Source: Mobula hypostoma (taxonomy: Eukaryota). Taken from it: a stretch of 64,000 nucleotides of DNA. The stretch covers positions 244,282,001 to 244,346,000 of the forward strand of contig NC_086097.1 of the NCBI RefSeq assembly GCF_963921235.1, written 5' to 3'. The position numbers and the translations under genes were made by a program. The stretch's first letter is position 1. Every line of letters begins with the position of its first letter. Below the pieces are notes generated by a model that worked only from the letters and a program-made list of their open reading frames with translations, searched no databases and was not told the origin of the DNA. Of this stretch, positions 13,700 to 25,360 are shown one piece after another.

Positions 13700-14840
13700 A
13701 GATTGTCCCCACGTCCCCATGCAAGGCTTATTAAGAAAGTAAGGAGGCATGGGATCCAAGGGGACATTGTTTTGTGGATCCAGAACTGGCTTGCCCACAG
13801 AAGGCAAAGAGTGGTTGTAGACAGGTGATATTCTGCATGGAGGCCAGTGACCAGTGGTGTGCCTCAGGTACCCCTACTCTTTGTGATTTTTATAAATGAC
13901 CTGGATGAGGACGTGGAGGGATGGTTTAGTAAGTTTGCTGATGACACAAAGGTTGAGGGTGTTGTGGATAGTGTGGAAGGCTGTCAGAGGTTACAGTGGG
14001 ACATTAATAGGATGCAAAACTGGGCTGAGAAGTGACAAATGGAGTTCAACCCAGATAAGTGTGAGGTGGTTCATTTTGGTAGGCTAAATATGATTGCAGA
14101 ATATAGTATTAACGGCAAGACTCTTGGCAGTGTGGAGGATCAGAGGGATCTTGGGGTCCGAGTCCATAGGACACTCAAAGCTGTTGTGCAGTTTGACTCT
14201 GTGGTTAAGAAAGCGTATGGTGCATTGGCCTTCGTTAATCGTGGAATTGACTTTCGGAGCCGAGAAGCAATGTTACAGCTATATAGGACCCTGGTCAGAC
14301 TCTACTTGGTGTACTGTGCTCAGTTCTGGTCGCCTCATTACCGGAAGGATGTGGAAACCATAGAAAGGGTGCAGAGGAGATTTACAAGGATGTTGCCTGG
14401 ATTGGGGAGCATGCCTTATGAAAACAGGTTGAGTGAACTCGGCCTTTTCTCCTTGGAGCGACAGAGGATGAGAGGTGACCTGATAGAGGCGTATAAGATG
14501 ATGAGAGGCATTGATCGTGTGGACAGTCAGAGGCTTTTTCCCAGGGCTGAAATGGCTGCCACAAGAGGGCACAGATTTAAGGTGCTGGGGATTAGGTACA
14601 GAGGAGATATCAGGGGTAAGTTTTTTACACAGAGAGTGGTGAGTGCGTGGAACGGGCTGCCAGCAACGGCGGTGGAGGCGGATACAATAGGGTCTTTTAA
14701 GAGACTTTTGGATAGGTACATGGAGCTTAGGAAAATAGAGAACCATGGGTAGCCCTAGTAATTTCTAAGGTAGGGACTTGTTCGGCACAACTTTGTGGGC
14801 CGAAGGGCTTGTATTGTGCTGTAGTTTTTCTATGTTTCTA
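13700..14840 (+). mobile_element. CR1 LINE 3' portion
   Basis: SGVPQ...INDLDE...[11 protein letters not shown] 14039-14752 is the CR1 C-terminal domain; tail ttctatgtttcta. Confidence 0.92.
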
Positions 14841-14899
14841 AGTACACTATTGTGCAACTGAGTGTTGGACTTATTAACCAAAACATCTCAGATAGTCAG

Positions 14900-15600
14900 G
14901 ATGTACAACCGCCCCTCCCTCCCCATCAATTTGAACATGGATACCCCTTGGGGCCGTGCTGAGCCCATTGTACACTCTGATCACCAACGACTGCGCGGCC
15001 AAACACGAGAGTAATCACAGAGAGAAGGGAGAAGAGCTCGAGACCTGGTGCCAGGCAAATAACATCTTCCTCAATGTCAATAAGACAAAAGAAATGGTTA
15101 CTGACTTGAGGAGAACTCACACCCGTCTTTACGTCAGCAGTACAGAAGTGAAAACTGCAAACAGTTTCAAACTCCTGGGAGAGCACATCTCACACAAGCT
15201 CTCGTGATTCCAGAACACATCCTACTCAATCAGGAACTCAAGCTCAGCGACGTCTCTGCTTTCTGAGGAGGCTGCAAAGGGTTGGACTATGTACATCTAC
15301 AGTCATGTCATTCTACAGATGCACAGTACAGAGCATCCTATCACTGCTTGGTACGGAAACTGCACTGGGGCAGTCAGGAAGGCTCTTCAATGAGTAGTCA
15401 AAATCACGGCTCCAGCCTACCTGCCACCGAGGGCATATAGACAAAAAGGTGCCCAAAAAGGGCCAGTACCACCATGAAGGATCCCACCCTCCCTGCTCAT
15501 GGATGGTTTGTCCCACTCACTTCAGGGAAGAGGCCACGTGCCAAGACCACCAGACTCAAAAACACTTTCCCCGAGCAGTAAGGCCGATCAACACACCCAC
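14900..15600 (+). mobile_element. Decayed Rex1/Babar fragment
   Basis: LSPLYTLITNDC...WCQANNIFLNVNKTKEMV.D...SFKLLG.HIS. Confidence 0.75.
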
Positions 15601-15824
15601 CCACCCAAACGTCGACTCTTTATTCATTTTCAATGATGCTGAGTTTTTCAATCGATCTGCTGAGTCCCTCCAGCATTTTGTGTGTGTTGCTTTGGATTTC
15701 TAGCATCTACAGAACCTCATGTGTTAATAATTACTTAGTTCTCCCTTACACTTGTGTACTGGAAATGGCATTAAACAATCGTGAGCAAACTAAAACAAAA
15801 GTTTACAGGTTTAAGATGAAAGAG

Positions 15825-16204
15825 GAAGAAATGTGATCTAAGCGACTTTGACCATGGATTGATTGTTGGTGCCATGCGGGGTATTTTGATTATCTCAGAA
15901 ACTGCTGATCTCCTGGGATTTTCACACACAACAGAGTTTACAGAGAATGGTGGGAGAAACAAGAAAATATCCACTAGCGACAATCCTGTGGGCGAAAATG
16001 TCTTGATAATGAGAGTGGTCAGAGGAGAATGGCCAGACTGGTTCAAGCTGACAGGTAGGCGACAGTAACTCCAATAACCACACATTACAACTGTGGTGTG
16101 CGGAACAGCATCTCCAAGCACACTACGCATCGAACCTTGAAGTGGATGGGCTACAGCAGCAGAAGACCATGAACGTACACCCAGCAGCCACTTTATTAGA
16201 TACA
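15825..16204 (+). mobile_element. Tc1/mariner non-autonomous remnant
   Basis: KCDLSDFDHGLIVGAMRGILIISETADLLGFSHTT is the Tc1-family transposase N-terminal HTH; ends in a TIR-like gtacacccagcagccactttattagataca. Confidence 0.7.
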
Positions 16205-16889
16205 GGGCATAACGAAACATGCCGTGTACATAGAGAGAAAAGATTTAGATACTGTAGGTATGAGCCAAGGTACAAATAAGTTAGTCCAAAGGGCCCATTT
16301 CCATTTTTGGATACATTGGAAAGACCGGGGATTACAGAACTTCCTCAAAAAAAACTGATGTGGACTGAAGATTTCCCCTTGTTTACTTACCATGGAAGTG
16401 GAAGAAACACCCAGCCGTGTACGGGTGCATTGGGAGACCAGGTGGGTAATATTCCCACTGACCTCCACTCATGATGAGTTAGTTATATTTGGAGCTATCA
16501 GCAGAGAGACCCACAAGAAGAGAGAGGAGCATGAACAGAGCAACTGGTTGCCTTGCCAATGCAATCATTGCCGTTCTATCTCATATCTCCTCTTCTGTGC
16601 TCGTTTTCCAATCTCCAATCTTACAACAATCCATCTACACCCCCACTAAACATCCCCAAGCACCTAGCCATGACAACCCTCAAGGTAAGAGAATTTTAGA
16701 GACTCACCACCAGTTCACAGTAGAAATTCTTACACATCAGTTTTAAATAAATTTCATGTAAACGTGCACCCAAAATTACATTGCGCATTTTGTAGATAAA
16801 ATAAATATAAAAAACAAATGTAACAGAACTCTAACACTGCTACTCCAAAGCAAGTGTTAAAATGCTGAATTAACATTTATTGAGATGTT

Positions 16890-17155
16890 AATTGGAGGCA
16901 ATGCTTTACAGTACCAGCAACCCGGGTTCAATTCCTGCAGCTGTCTGTAAGGAGTTTGTATGTTTTCCCTGTCACTGTGTGGGTTTCCTCCAGGTGCTCC
17001 AGTTTCCTCCCAGAGTCCAAAGACATAACAATTGGCAGGTTAATTGGACATTGTAAATTGTCCCATGATTAGGCTAGGGTAAAACTGGGAGTTGCTGGAC
17101 GGCACAACTCAAAGGGCTGGAAGGGCCTACTCCACATTGTATCTCAATAAATAAA
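16890..17155 (+). mobile_element. V-SINE (HE1-like) copy; related copies near 17960-18230, 28020-28260, 61265-61515 (+) and 35700-35870, 49660-49865, 56930-57040 (-)
   Basis: B-box ccgggttcaattcc followed by the V-domain ggagtttgtatgtt...gtgggtttcctcc.ggtgctcc.gtttcctccca. Confidence 0.75.
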
Positions 17156-17220
17156 AGTTATTTTTTTCCATTGTTATGTAGTTAACTTCAAATAGACATG
17201 AGGGAAGTATTGTTGATTAC

Positions 17221-17355
17221 CTGGTTTTCCTTTACATCCATCTGTCCTTCTTGCAAGCTTGTGAACGATTTTGTGCATCTGAAGACTTTCTCACCCACCA
17301 TCACCCTCTGAACAAATGTTGCAGGGAAATATCCAACTCTGTCAGCAATTTTACC
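17221..17355 (-). CDS. STAC: STAC-family gene, exon ending SH3-1 and starting SH3-2: GKIADRVGYFPATFVQRVMVGEKVFRCTKSFTSLQEGQMDVKENQ
   Basis: Acceptor cttttccatttgccag|GGT, donor CAG|gtaatc; 135 nt, phase 0 to 0; matches STAC GKIxDRxGFFPANFVQR...KENQ. Confidence 0.95.
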
Positions 17356-17399
17356 CTGGCAAATGGAAAAGAGCAAAGTAGTGAAGATCACTAGAGAAG

Positions 17400-17870
17400 A
17401 GGTGTACAAGAGCCAAGAGGCAATGTTTCAGTTCTATAAAACCCTGGTTAGATCACACTAGGAATATTATGTTCAGTCTGGTCGCCTCATTATATGAAGG
17501 ATGTGAAAGCTTTAGGGGCAGAGATTTACCAGGATGCTGACTGGATTAGAAAGCTGACCTTTTGAGAATAAGATGGACAACCTTGGGCTTTTCTCTTCGG
17601 AGAAAACCCCCAAGAGGCGACTTGATAGAGGTGTACAAGATGATAAGAAGCACACCCAGAGACCTTTTCCTAGGGTGTAAATTACTAATACCAGCCAGCA
17701 TAAGTTTAAGGAGATTGGAGGAAAGAATAGGGGGATGTCAGAAGCAGGTGAGTGAGTGGTGATTGCACGGAATGTCCTGCCATGGAAAGGTTAGATTAAA
17801 AGGTTGGCACAACATTGTGGGCCACAGGGTCTTTACTGTGCTGCAATGTTGTATGTTCTATGCTCTATAA
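17400..17870 (+). mobile_element. Decayed CR1 3' fragment
   Basis: RGDLIEVYKMIR remnant; CR1 3' UTR. Confidence 0.7.
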
Positions 17871-18246
17871 TTTCATATATATCAGATTCTTCAGTATAAT
17901 TGAAATTAATCTATTGCAACTCTATTATTGAGTCCCATGTGGTTTTTAGTCAAGTTATTATGAGCAGCACAGAACTATAGTGGTTAGCATAATGCTATTA
18001 CAGCGCCAGCAGCCCAGGGTCAAGTCTGCCATTGTCTGTGTGGGTTTCCTCCAGGTGCTCTGCTTTCTCCCACATTCCAGAAACGTAAGGGTTAAGGTTA
18101 GTGAGTTACGGGCATACTATGTTGGTATCCGAAGTGTGGCGATACTCACGGACTGTGTTGGCCGTTGACACAAACAATGCATTTCACTGTATATTTCAAT
18201 GTTTCGATGTACGTGTGACAAATAAAGCCGACCTTTATCTTCATAA

Positions 18247-18295
18247 AACTCTGCCATGAATGGTTCCAAGCCTGGCTTTGAAAGGAGGGTTGGGC
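18247..18295 (+). ncRNA. Degenerate twister ribozyme (type P1, 5' P1 strand absent)
   Basis: Order AA-CTCT-GCC...ATGG-TTCCAAGC-CTGG...AAAG-GAGGG follows the twister consensus UAA-P2-GCC...CCGG-UCCCAAGC-CCGG...P2'-GAGGG, with mismatches in P2 and P4. Confidence 0.65.
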
Positions 18296-18519
18296 ATGGG
18301 GCAAGTAACCCAATCCGGTAAAATCTCACAGCTACAGAAACACTAACAAAAGCTCCAAAAACCTCATCCCTAGGAAAAGAAGGCTCTTCAAAGCTGACAC
18401 CAACAAGATGGACTACACCTGTGGGCAACTTGAAACAATGGCCAAGGACAGAGGGCTTGGGAGAGCTGTTACTGGCGGCCCATGCTCAGGTAGAGTTGAT
18501 GGCTGAAGTCAGAAAGTAA
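18247..18519 (+). mobile_element. Short non-autonomous RTE-clade element: twister-like 5' head joined to the RTE ORF C-terminus
   Basis: 5' AACTCTGCC...GGTTCCAAGCCTGG...GAGGGTTGGGCATGGGG; 18390-18506 reads KADTNKMDYTCGQLETMAKDRGLGRAVTGGPCS*-type, like RTE C-termini (LE..AQDR..WR..V.GLCS). Confidence 0.7.
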
Positions 18520-18679
18520 CTGGAAGTGTGAGAGATACTGTTTGAGGCTTACCCGATCCCTGTTCATAAAATTTTAATTGTGTCCAGTTCTGGTCTTCCC
18601 TTTATATGAAAGATATAAGGGTTTTGGAAAGGGTGCAGAAGGGATTACCAGGATACTATCTACTGTGCTGGGAGTCTAT

Positions 18680-20095
18680 CAGTCATCTACTGCATCCAGT
18701 GCAGCTTCCTCTACGTCCATGACATCTGACATAATTGGGGACTGTTACGTCAAGCACCTTCACTCCGCCTGCCACAACAGACGAGATCTCCTGGTACCTA
18801 TCCATTTTAATAATACTTCCCATTCCCATTCCAACATGTCATAAGAACATAAGAAATAGGAGCAGGAGTAGGCCATTCGGCCCATCAAGCCTGCCCCGCC
18901 ATTCAATAAGATCATGGCTGATCCGGACTCATCTCCATCTACCTGCCTTTTTCCCATAACCCTTAATTCCCCTACTATGCAAAAATCTATCCAATCTTGT
19001 CTTAAATATATTTACTGAGGTAGCTTCTACTGCTTCAATGGGCAGAGAATTCCACAGATTCACCACTCTCTGGGAAAAGCAGTTCCTCCTCATCTCCGTC
19101 CTAAGTTTACTCCCCCGAATCTCAAGGCTATGTGCCTTAGTTCTAGTCTCACCTATCAGTGGAAACAACTTTCCTGTCTCTCTTTTATCTATCCCTTTCA
19201 TAATTTTCTATGTTTCTATAAATTCTCCTCTCATCCTCCCAGGCCACTTCTCATAGTCTAAACCCCTCATGTCTGGAATCAACCTGGTGAACCTCCTCAG
19301 CACCACCTCCAAAGTCAATATATCCTTCCCCAAGTGAGGAGACCGGAACCGCACGCAGTACTCCAGTTACAGCCTCACCAGTCCCCTGTACAGTTGCAAG
19401 ATAACCTCCCTGCTTTTAAATTCAATCCCTCTAGCAATGAAGGGCAACATTCCATTTGCCTTCTTGATAGCTTGCTCCATTTGCAAACCAACCCTTTGCG
19501 ATTCATGCACAAGTCTTTCTGCACAAGTCAGTTCATGGCCTCCTCTACTGCCACAATAAGGCCACTCTCAAGTTGGAGGAGCAACACTTCATATTCCGTT
19601 CGGGTGGTCTCCAATCCGACGGCATGTAGATCGATTTATCTAACTTACGGCAATTTCTCCCCTAACTTTTCCTTTTTCCCCATTCACCACTCTTGCTCCC
19701 CTCTTACATTTTCCCTTCTCCTCACCTGCCCAACACCTCCCTCTTAGTGTGTCCCTTCTCCTTTCCTTTTTCCATGGTCCACTCTCCTCTGCTATCAGGT
19801 TCCTTCTTCAGTCCTTTACCATTTCCACCTACCATCCCCAGCTTCTCACTTCATCCCTCCTCATTCACCCATCATCTCCCTCACCTAACACTACCAGTTT
19901 GTACTCCTTCCTCTCCCACACTTTCTTATTCCGGATTCTTCTCCCTTTCTTTTCAGTCCTGGTGAAGGGTCTCGGTCCGAAATGTCAACTGTTTATTCCC
20001 CTCCATAGATGCTGCCTGACCTTCTGAGTTTCTCCAGCAATTAGTGTGTGTTGCTTTGGATTTCCAGCATCCAGAGAACCTCTTATGTTTATGAT
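18680..20095 (+). mobile_element. Penelope-derived repeat split by a minus-strand CR1 3' fragment (~18841-19527)
   Basis: ...ccattccaacatgtc | CR1 | agttcatggcctcctc... rejoin the Penelope 3' end; hammerhead-like motif at 19954-19991; CR1 tail (cataagaa)2. Confidence 0.8.
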
Positions 20096-21039
20096 TTACC
20101 CTGATGTTGTCTGGATTAGAAGCTATAAGCTCTCAGGGAAGGTTGGACAAACTTGAGTTGGTTCCTCTAGAACAGCAGAAGCTAAAGGGAGACCTGATAG
20201 AGGTGATTTTTTAAACTTTATTTTTATTGTTTTGCCAATAACAGAACAAACAAGATAAAAACAGACAGACAGGGTCATCATAGGTGAAGTAAAATCCGTA
20301 TCTTGTAATAGAAAAAATGAATAGCGAAATGGATTACATTGCTGTATCAAGGTTAACCAAATTCTTATGTCCATAATTGTCTTTCAAAGTCTCAGGGGAC
20401 CTTAAGATCCATAACTCTAAAGTCCATTCTGCAGGTTCCATCATAAGAAGAAATAAAACAAAGTTCTTCAAACAAATAAATGCACAATGAAGAAATTACT
20501 TCAGGCTCAAATAAAATGTCCAATTTTCCCTGGATCTTTCAAATTGTTTAGTGGCATGTCTCAGAGAGAAAGTCAATTGTTCCATAACATAAATTTCTTG
20601 AACTATTTCTATCCATTCCAGGACTGTAGGAGACTCTTTGCTTAGCAACCTGATAGAGGTTTATAAGATTAAGAGAGACATACAGTAGATACAGTAGATT
20701 GAATCTTTTTTCCCAGGGTAGAAATATCAAATTTTTGAGGACATGTATTTAAGGTGAGAGGGAGAATGTTTAAAAAGACTGAGTGGGCAAGTCATATAGT
20801 ACGAAAACAGACCCTTCACCTCATCTGGTCCATTCTGACCAAGATTTGTATCTCAGCTAGTCCTATTTGCCTGCACTTGCCTCATATCCCTCTAAATCTT
20901 TCCCAACCATGTATCCTTCAAATTTGATTAATATATCTATTTCAATCATTTCTTCTGGCAGCTCATTCCATGTGCTGACCAACCTCCAGGTGATTAAGCT
21001 GCCTCCTAGGTTCTCATTAAACCTTTCCCTTCTCACCTT

Positions 21040-21550
21040 AAGCATATATGGATCACTTCTGGAATATTCTGAACAATTTTGGGCCCTATATCCCCTGGAC
21101 CTTCTCTAAAATGCTGGCTTTGGAGAGGGTCCAGAGGAGGTTCGTGAGAATGATTCGGGAATGAAATGTTAACATATGAGGACTGTTTGATGGCTCTAGG
21201 CCTGTACTCGCTGGACTTAAGAAGAATGAGGGGGGATCTCATTGAAACCTATTGAATATTGAAAGGCCTAGATTGAGTAAACGTAGAGAAGGTGGTTCCA
21301 GTGGTGGGACAGCCCAGGACCAGAGGGCCCAGCCTCAGAATGCAAGGATATCCTTTATACAGAGAAGAGGGGGAATTTCTTTAGCCAGAGAGTGATGAAT
21401 CTGTGGAATTCATTGCCACAGACAGATGTGGAGGCCACGTCATTGGGTATATATAAAATGGAGGTTGATACGTTGTTGATTAGTCAGGGTGTCAATGGTT
21501 ACAAGATGAAGACATGAGAATGGGGTTGAGAGGGAAAATAAACTAGCCAC
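21040..21550 (+). mobile_element. CR1 3' fragment (other CR1 scraps at ~20090-20200, 20650-20780 and 20790-21040)
   Basis: ctggaatattctgaacaattttgggcc...gagagggtccagaggaggttc...aatgaggggggatctcattgaaacc. Confidence 0.75.
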
Positions 21551-22153
21551 TGTGTGTTTCAAAGTTTCAATGTACACCTGGGAACAACTTGAAACACTGG
21601 CCCAGGACAGAGGACTTTGATGAGCCGCTGATGGCAGCCTATGCCCAGGTAGGGTACGATGGAATGGTGGAGTAGACTCAGTGGGATGAATAGCCTTAGT
21701 CTGGTTTGAGGAATCCTACCTGGATAATCATTCCTGGTGAGATACTTGTGTCTTACCAAATCTCATTGTAATCTCAAAAATTAATTCTTTCAAAAACAAC
21801 GTCTGAGTGGTGTAATTTCTGTTCATCATTGGTAAGCTTTGGCAGCCATTAGAATCCATCACAATCCACATGTCCTATCAGCGACGTCAACAGAGCTCTA
21901 CCAAGACATGTTCTCGCAGGTTGGCGGTGGTTATTTAAAAAGGGAGCTTTGAGGGCATTTGTCCATTGTACGGGGCCTATCAGTAGCGTCAACAGAGCTC
22001 TACAAACTAAATTAAAGTACAGAAGGGATAAGCGGAGCGGCCATTGTCGGGAGTAGGCCAGTGGCAAGAATAGAAGCGAAAGGCTTTGGCTCAAAGGAGG
22101 CTTCGGCTCGGAAGAGGCGTCAGCTCTGTGTAAAGTATCTGTTAAGATTTCCT

Positions 22154-23388
22154 GCAACACACATCAAAGTTGCTGGTGGACGCAGCAGGCCAGGCAGCAT
22201 CTCTAGGAAGAGGTACAGTCGACATTTCAGGCCGAGACCCTTCGTCAGGACTAACTGAAGGAAGAGTGAGTAAGAGATTTGAAAGTGGGAGGGGGAGGGG
22301 GAGATCCAAAATGATAGGAGAAGACAGGAGGGGGAGGGATGGAGCTAAGAGCTGGACAGGTGATTGGCAAAAGGGGATACGAGAGGATCATGGGACAGGA
22401 GGTCCGGGAAGAAAGACAAGATGGGGGGGAACCCAGAAGATGGGGAAGGGGTATATTCAGAGGGACAGAGGGAGAAAAAGGAGAGTGAGAGAAAGAATGT
22501 GTGTATAAAAATAAGTAACAGATGGGGTACGAGGGGGAGGTGGGGCATTAGTGGAAGTTAGAGAAGTTGATGTTCATGCCATCAGGTTGGAGGCTACCCA
22601 GACGGAATATAAGGTGTTGTTCCTCCAATCTGAGTGTGGCTTCATCTTTACAGTAGAGGAGGCCGTGGATAGACATGTCAGAATGGGAATGGGATGTGGA
22701 ATTAAAATGTGTGGCCACTGGGAGATCCTTCTTTCTCTGGCAGACAGAGCGTAGGTGTTCAGCAAAGCGGTCTCCCAGTCTGCGTCGGGTCTCGCCAATA
22801 TATAAAAGGCCACATCGGGAGCACCGGATGCAGTATATCACCCCAGTCGACTCACAGGTGAAGTGTTGCCTCACCTGGAAGGACTGTTTGGGGCCCTGAA
22901 TGGTGGTAAGGGAGGAAGTGTAAGGGCATGTGTAGCACTTGTTCCGCTTACACGGATAAGTGCCAGGAGGGAGATCAGTGGGGAGGGATGGGGGGGGACG
23001 AATGGACAAGGGAGTCGCGTAGGGAGCGATCCCTGCGGAAAGCAGAGGGGGGGGAGGGAAAGATGTGCTTAGTGGTGGGATCCCATTGGAAGTTACAGAG
23101 AATAATATGTTGGACCCGGAGGCTGGTGGGGTGGTAGGTGAGGACCAGGGGAACCCTATTCCTAGTGGGGTGGCGGGAGGATGGAGTGAGAGCAGATGTC
23201 CGTGAAATGGGGGAGATGCGTTTAAGAGCAGAGTTGATAGTGGAGGAAGGAAAGCCCCTTTCTTTAAAAAAGGAGGACATCTCCCTCGTCCTAGAATGAA
23301 AAGCCTCATCCTGAGAGCAGATGCGGCGGAGACGGAGGAATTGCGAGAAGGGGATGGCGTTTTTGCAAGAGACATAGTCCAACCCTTT
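22154..23388 (-). mobile_element. Young 5'-truncated Penelope-like element (RT C-terminus + GIY-YIG endonuclease + hammerhead-bearing terminal repeat)
   Basis: AIPFSQFLRLRRICS; CKRNKCYTC; VIYCIRCSRCGLLYIGETRRRLGDRFAEH...LEEQHLIFRLGSLQPDGMN; 8-bp TSD GATTTCCT at 22146-22153 and 23389-23396. Confidence 0.93.
22216..22252 (-). ncRNA. Minimal type-I hammerhead ribozyme motif
   Basis: agtc-CTGACGA-agggtctcggcct-GAAA-t-GTC-gact: stem I, CUGANGA core, stem II, GAAA, GUC triplet; stem III essentially absent. Confidence 0.75.
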
Positions 23389-23427
23389 GATTTCCTTTTT
23401 TTTTCCCTCTCTTATTGTACCATTTAA

Positions 23428-24352
23428 ATGGCTGTGGGGTGCTCTTCGTGCCGGATGTTGGAGAACTGGGACACCCAGGGTCTCCCAGGGAACTACATCT
23501 GTGTGAAGTGCATCCGGTTACAGCTCCTTGAAGACCGTGTTAGGGATCTGGAGCAGCAACTGGATGACCATGGGCTTGTCAAGGAGAATGAGGAGATAAT
23601 TGATCAAAGCTACAGGGAAGTCGTCACCCTGAAGTTGCTGGAGGCGAGTAGCTGGGTGACTGTCAGGAGAAACGGAAATAGGCAGTTAGAGTTGAGCACC
23701 CCTGTGGCCATTCCCCTCAAAAACAAGTGTACTGCTTTGGATACTTTTGTGGGGGATGACCTCCCGGGAGAATGTCATGGCGACCGGGTTACAGGCACTG
23801 ACCAGGGGTCCGTGGTGCAGAAGGGACAGGAAGAGAAGGAGGGAGTGGTAGTGATAGGGGTCTCGATAGTGAGGGGAACAGACAGGAGATTCAGTGGACG
23901 TGAACGGGACACCCAGATGGTATGTTGCCTCCCAGGTGTCAGGGTCAGGGATGTCTCAGATCACATCCACAACATTTGAGAGAGGGAGGGGGAGCAGCCA
24001 TATGTCTCGGTACATATCGGTACCAATGAAATAGGAAGGAAAATAAATGAGGTCCTGAAGAGAGAATTTAGAGAGCTAGGTAGAAAGTTGAGAAGCAGGA
24101 CCTGCCAGGTAGCAATTTCTGGATTGCTGCCTGTGTCACGCGCCAGTGAGGGTAGAAACAGGATGATTTGGCAGATAAATGCGTGGCTGAGAAGCTGGTG
24201 CAGGGGGCAGGGCTTCGCGTTCTTGGATAATTGGGATCTCTTCTGTGGGAGGGGTGTGACCTGTTCAAAAGTGACGGGTTGCAGCTGAACCCAAGGGGGA
24301 TCAATATTGTCATGGGCAGGTTGGTTAGAGCTGTTGGGGAGGGTTTAAACTA
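23428..24352 (+). pseudogene. CR1 ORF1 remnant: CxxC...CxxC zinc finger, leucine zipper and SGNH esterase
   Basis: CSSC...YICVKC, LLEDRVRDLEQQLDD, VVVIGVSIVRG (GDS motif mutated), VCCLPGVRV, HIGTNEIG, FLDNWDLF; stops/frameshifts present. Confidence 0.85.
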
Positions 24353-24568
24353 ATTTGGCAGGGGATGGGAACCGGAGTGAAGGGACTCAGGATAGGACGA
24401 ATGACAAAAAAGTACAGGTAATGTGCAATCAGACTGTCAGGAAAGGCAGGCAGGTGATGGGACTTAGTTGCAGCCAACAGGTTGAGTATCAAATCATTAG
24501 GGATTCAGAATCAGAAAGGATAGCAAATACAGTACTCAAGGTGTTGTATCTAAATGCACGTAGTATAA

Positions 24569-25360
24569 CATGCGTTGTCACTTTGTCACGTGGTGTGAGC
24601 AGAATTATCTGCAGCTTAATGTGAAAAAGACTAAGGAGCTGGTGGTAGACCTGAGGAGAGCTAAGGTACCGGCGACCCCTGTTTCCATCCAGGGGGTCAG
24701 TGTGGACATGGTGGAGGATTACAAATACCTGGGGATACGAGTTGACAATAAACTGGACTGGTCAAAGAACACTGAGGCTGTCTACAAGAAGGGTCAGAGC
24801 TGTCTCTATTTCCTGAGGAGACTCAGGTCCTTTGACATCTGCCGGACGATGTTGAGGACGTTCTACGAGTCTGTGGTGGCCAGTGCGATCATGTTTGCTG
24901 TTGTGTGCTGGGGCAGCAGGCTGAGGGTAGCAGACACCAACAGAATCAACAAACTCATTCCTAAGGCCAGTGATGTTGTGGGGATGGAACTGGACTCTCT
25001 GACGGTGGTGTCTGAAAAGAGGATGCTGTCCAAGTTGCATGCCATCTTGGACAATGTCTCCCATCCACTACATAATGTACTGGTTGGGCACGGAGTACAT
25101 TCAGCCAGAGGCTCATTCCACCGAGATGCAACACAGAGCATCATAGGAAGTCATTCCTGCCTGTGGCCATCAAACTTTACAACTCCTCCCTTGGAGGGTC
25201 AGACACCCTGAGCCAATAGGCTGGTCCTGGACTTATTTCCTGGCATAATTTACATATTACTATCTAACTATTTATGGTTTTATTACTATTTATTATTTAT
25301 GGTGCAGCTGTAACGAAATCCATTTTCCCTCGGGATCAATAAAGTATGACTATGACTATG
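24569..25360 (+). mobile_element. Young Rex1/Babar 3' fragment inserted in the CR1 ORF2 start
   Basis: ORF 24570-25211 WCEQNYLQLNVKKTKELVVD...YKYLG...LYFLRRLRSF; tail (tatgac)n; TSD GTATAA at 24563-24568 and 25361-25366. Confidence 0.92.

Noticed and set aside
16582..16635. MDCCKIGDWKTSTEEEI* as the STAC terminal exon
   Set aside because: No polypyrimidine tract and no GFI/GKK.GL.P similarity; only the EEI ending resembles STAC.
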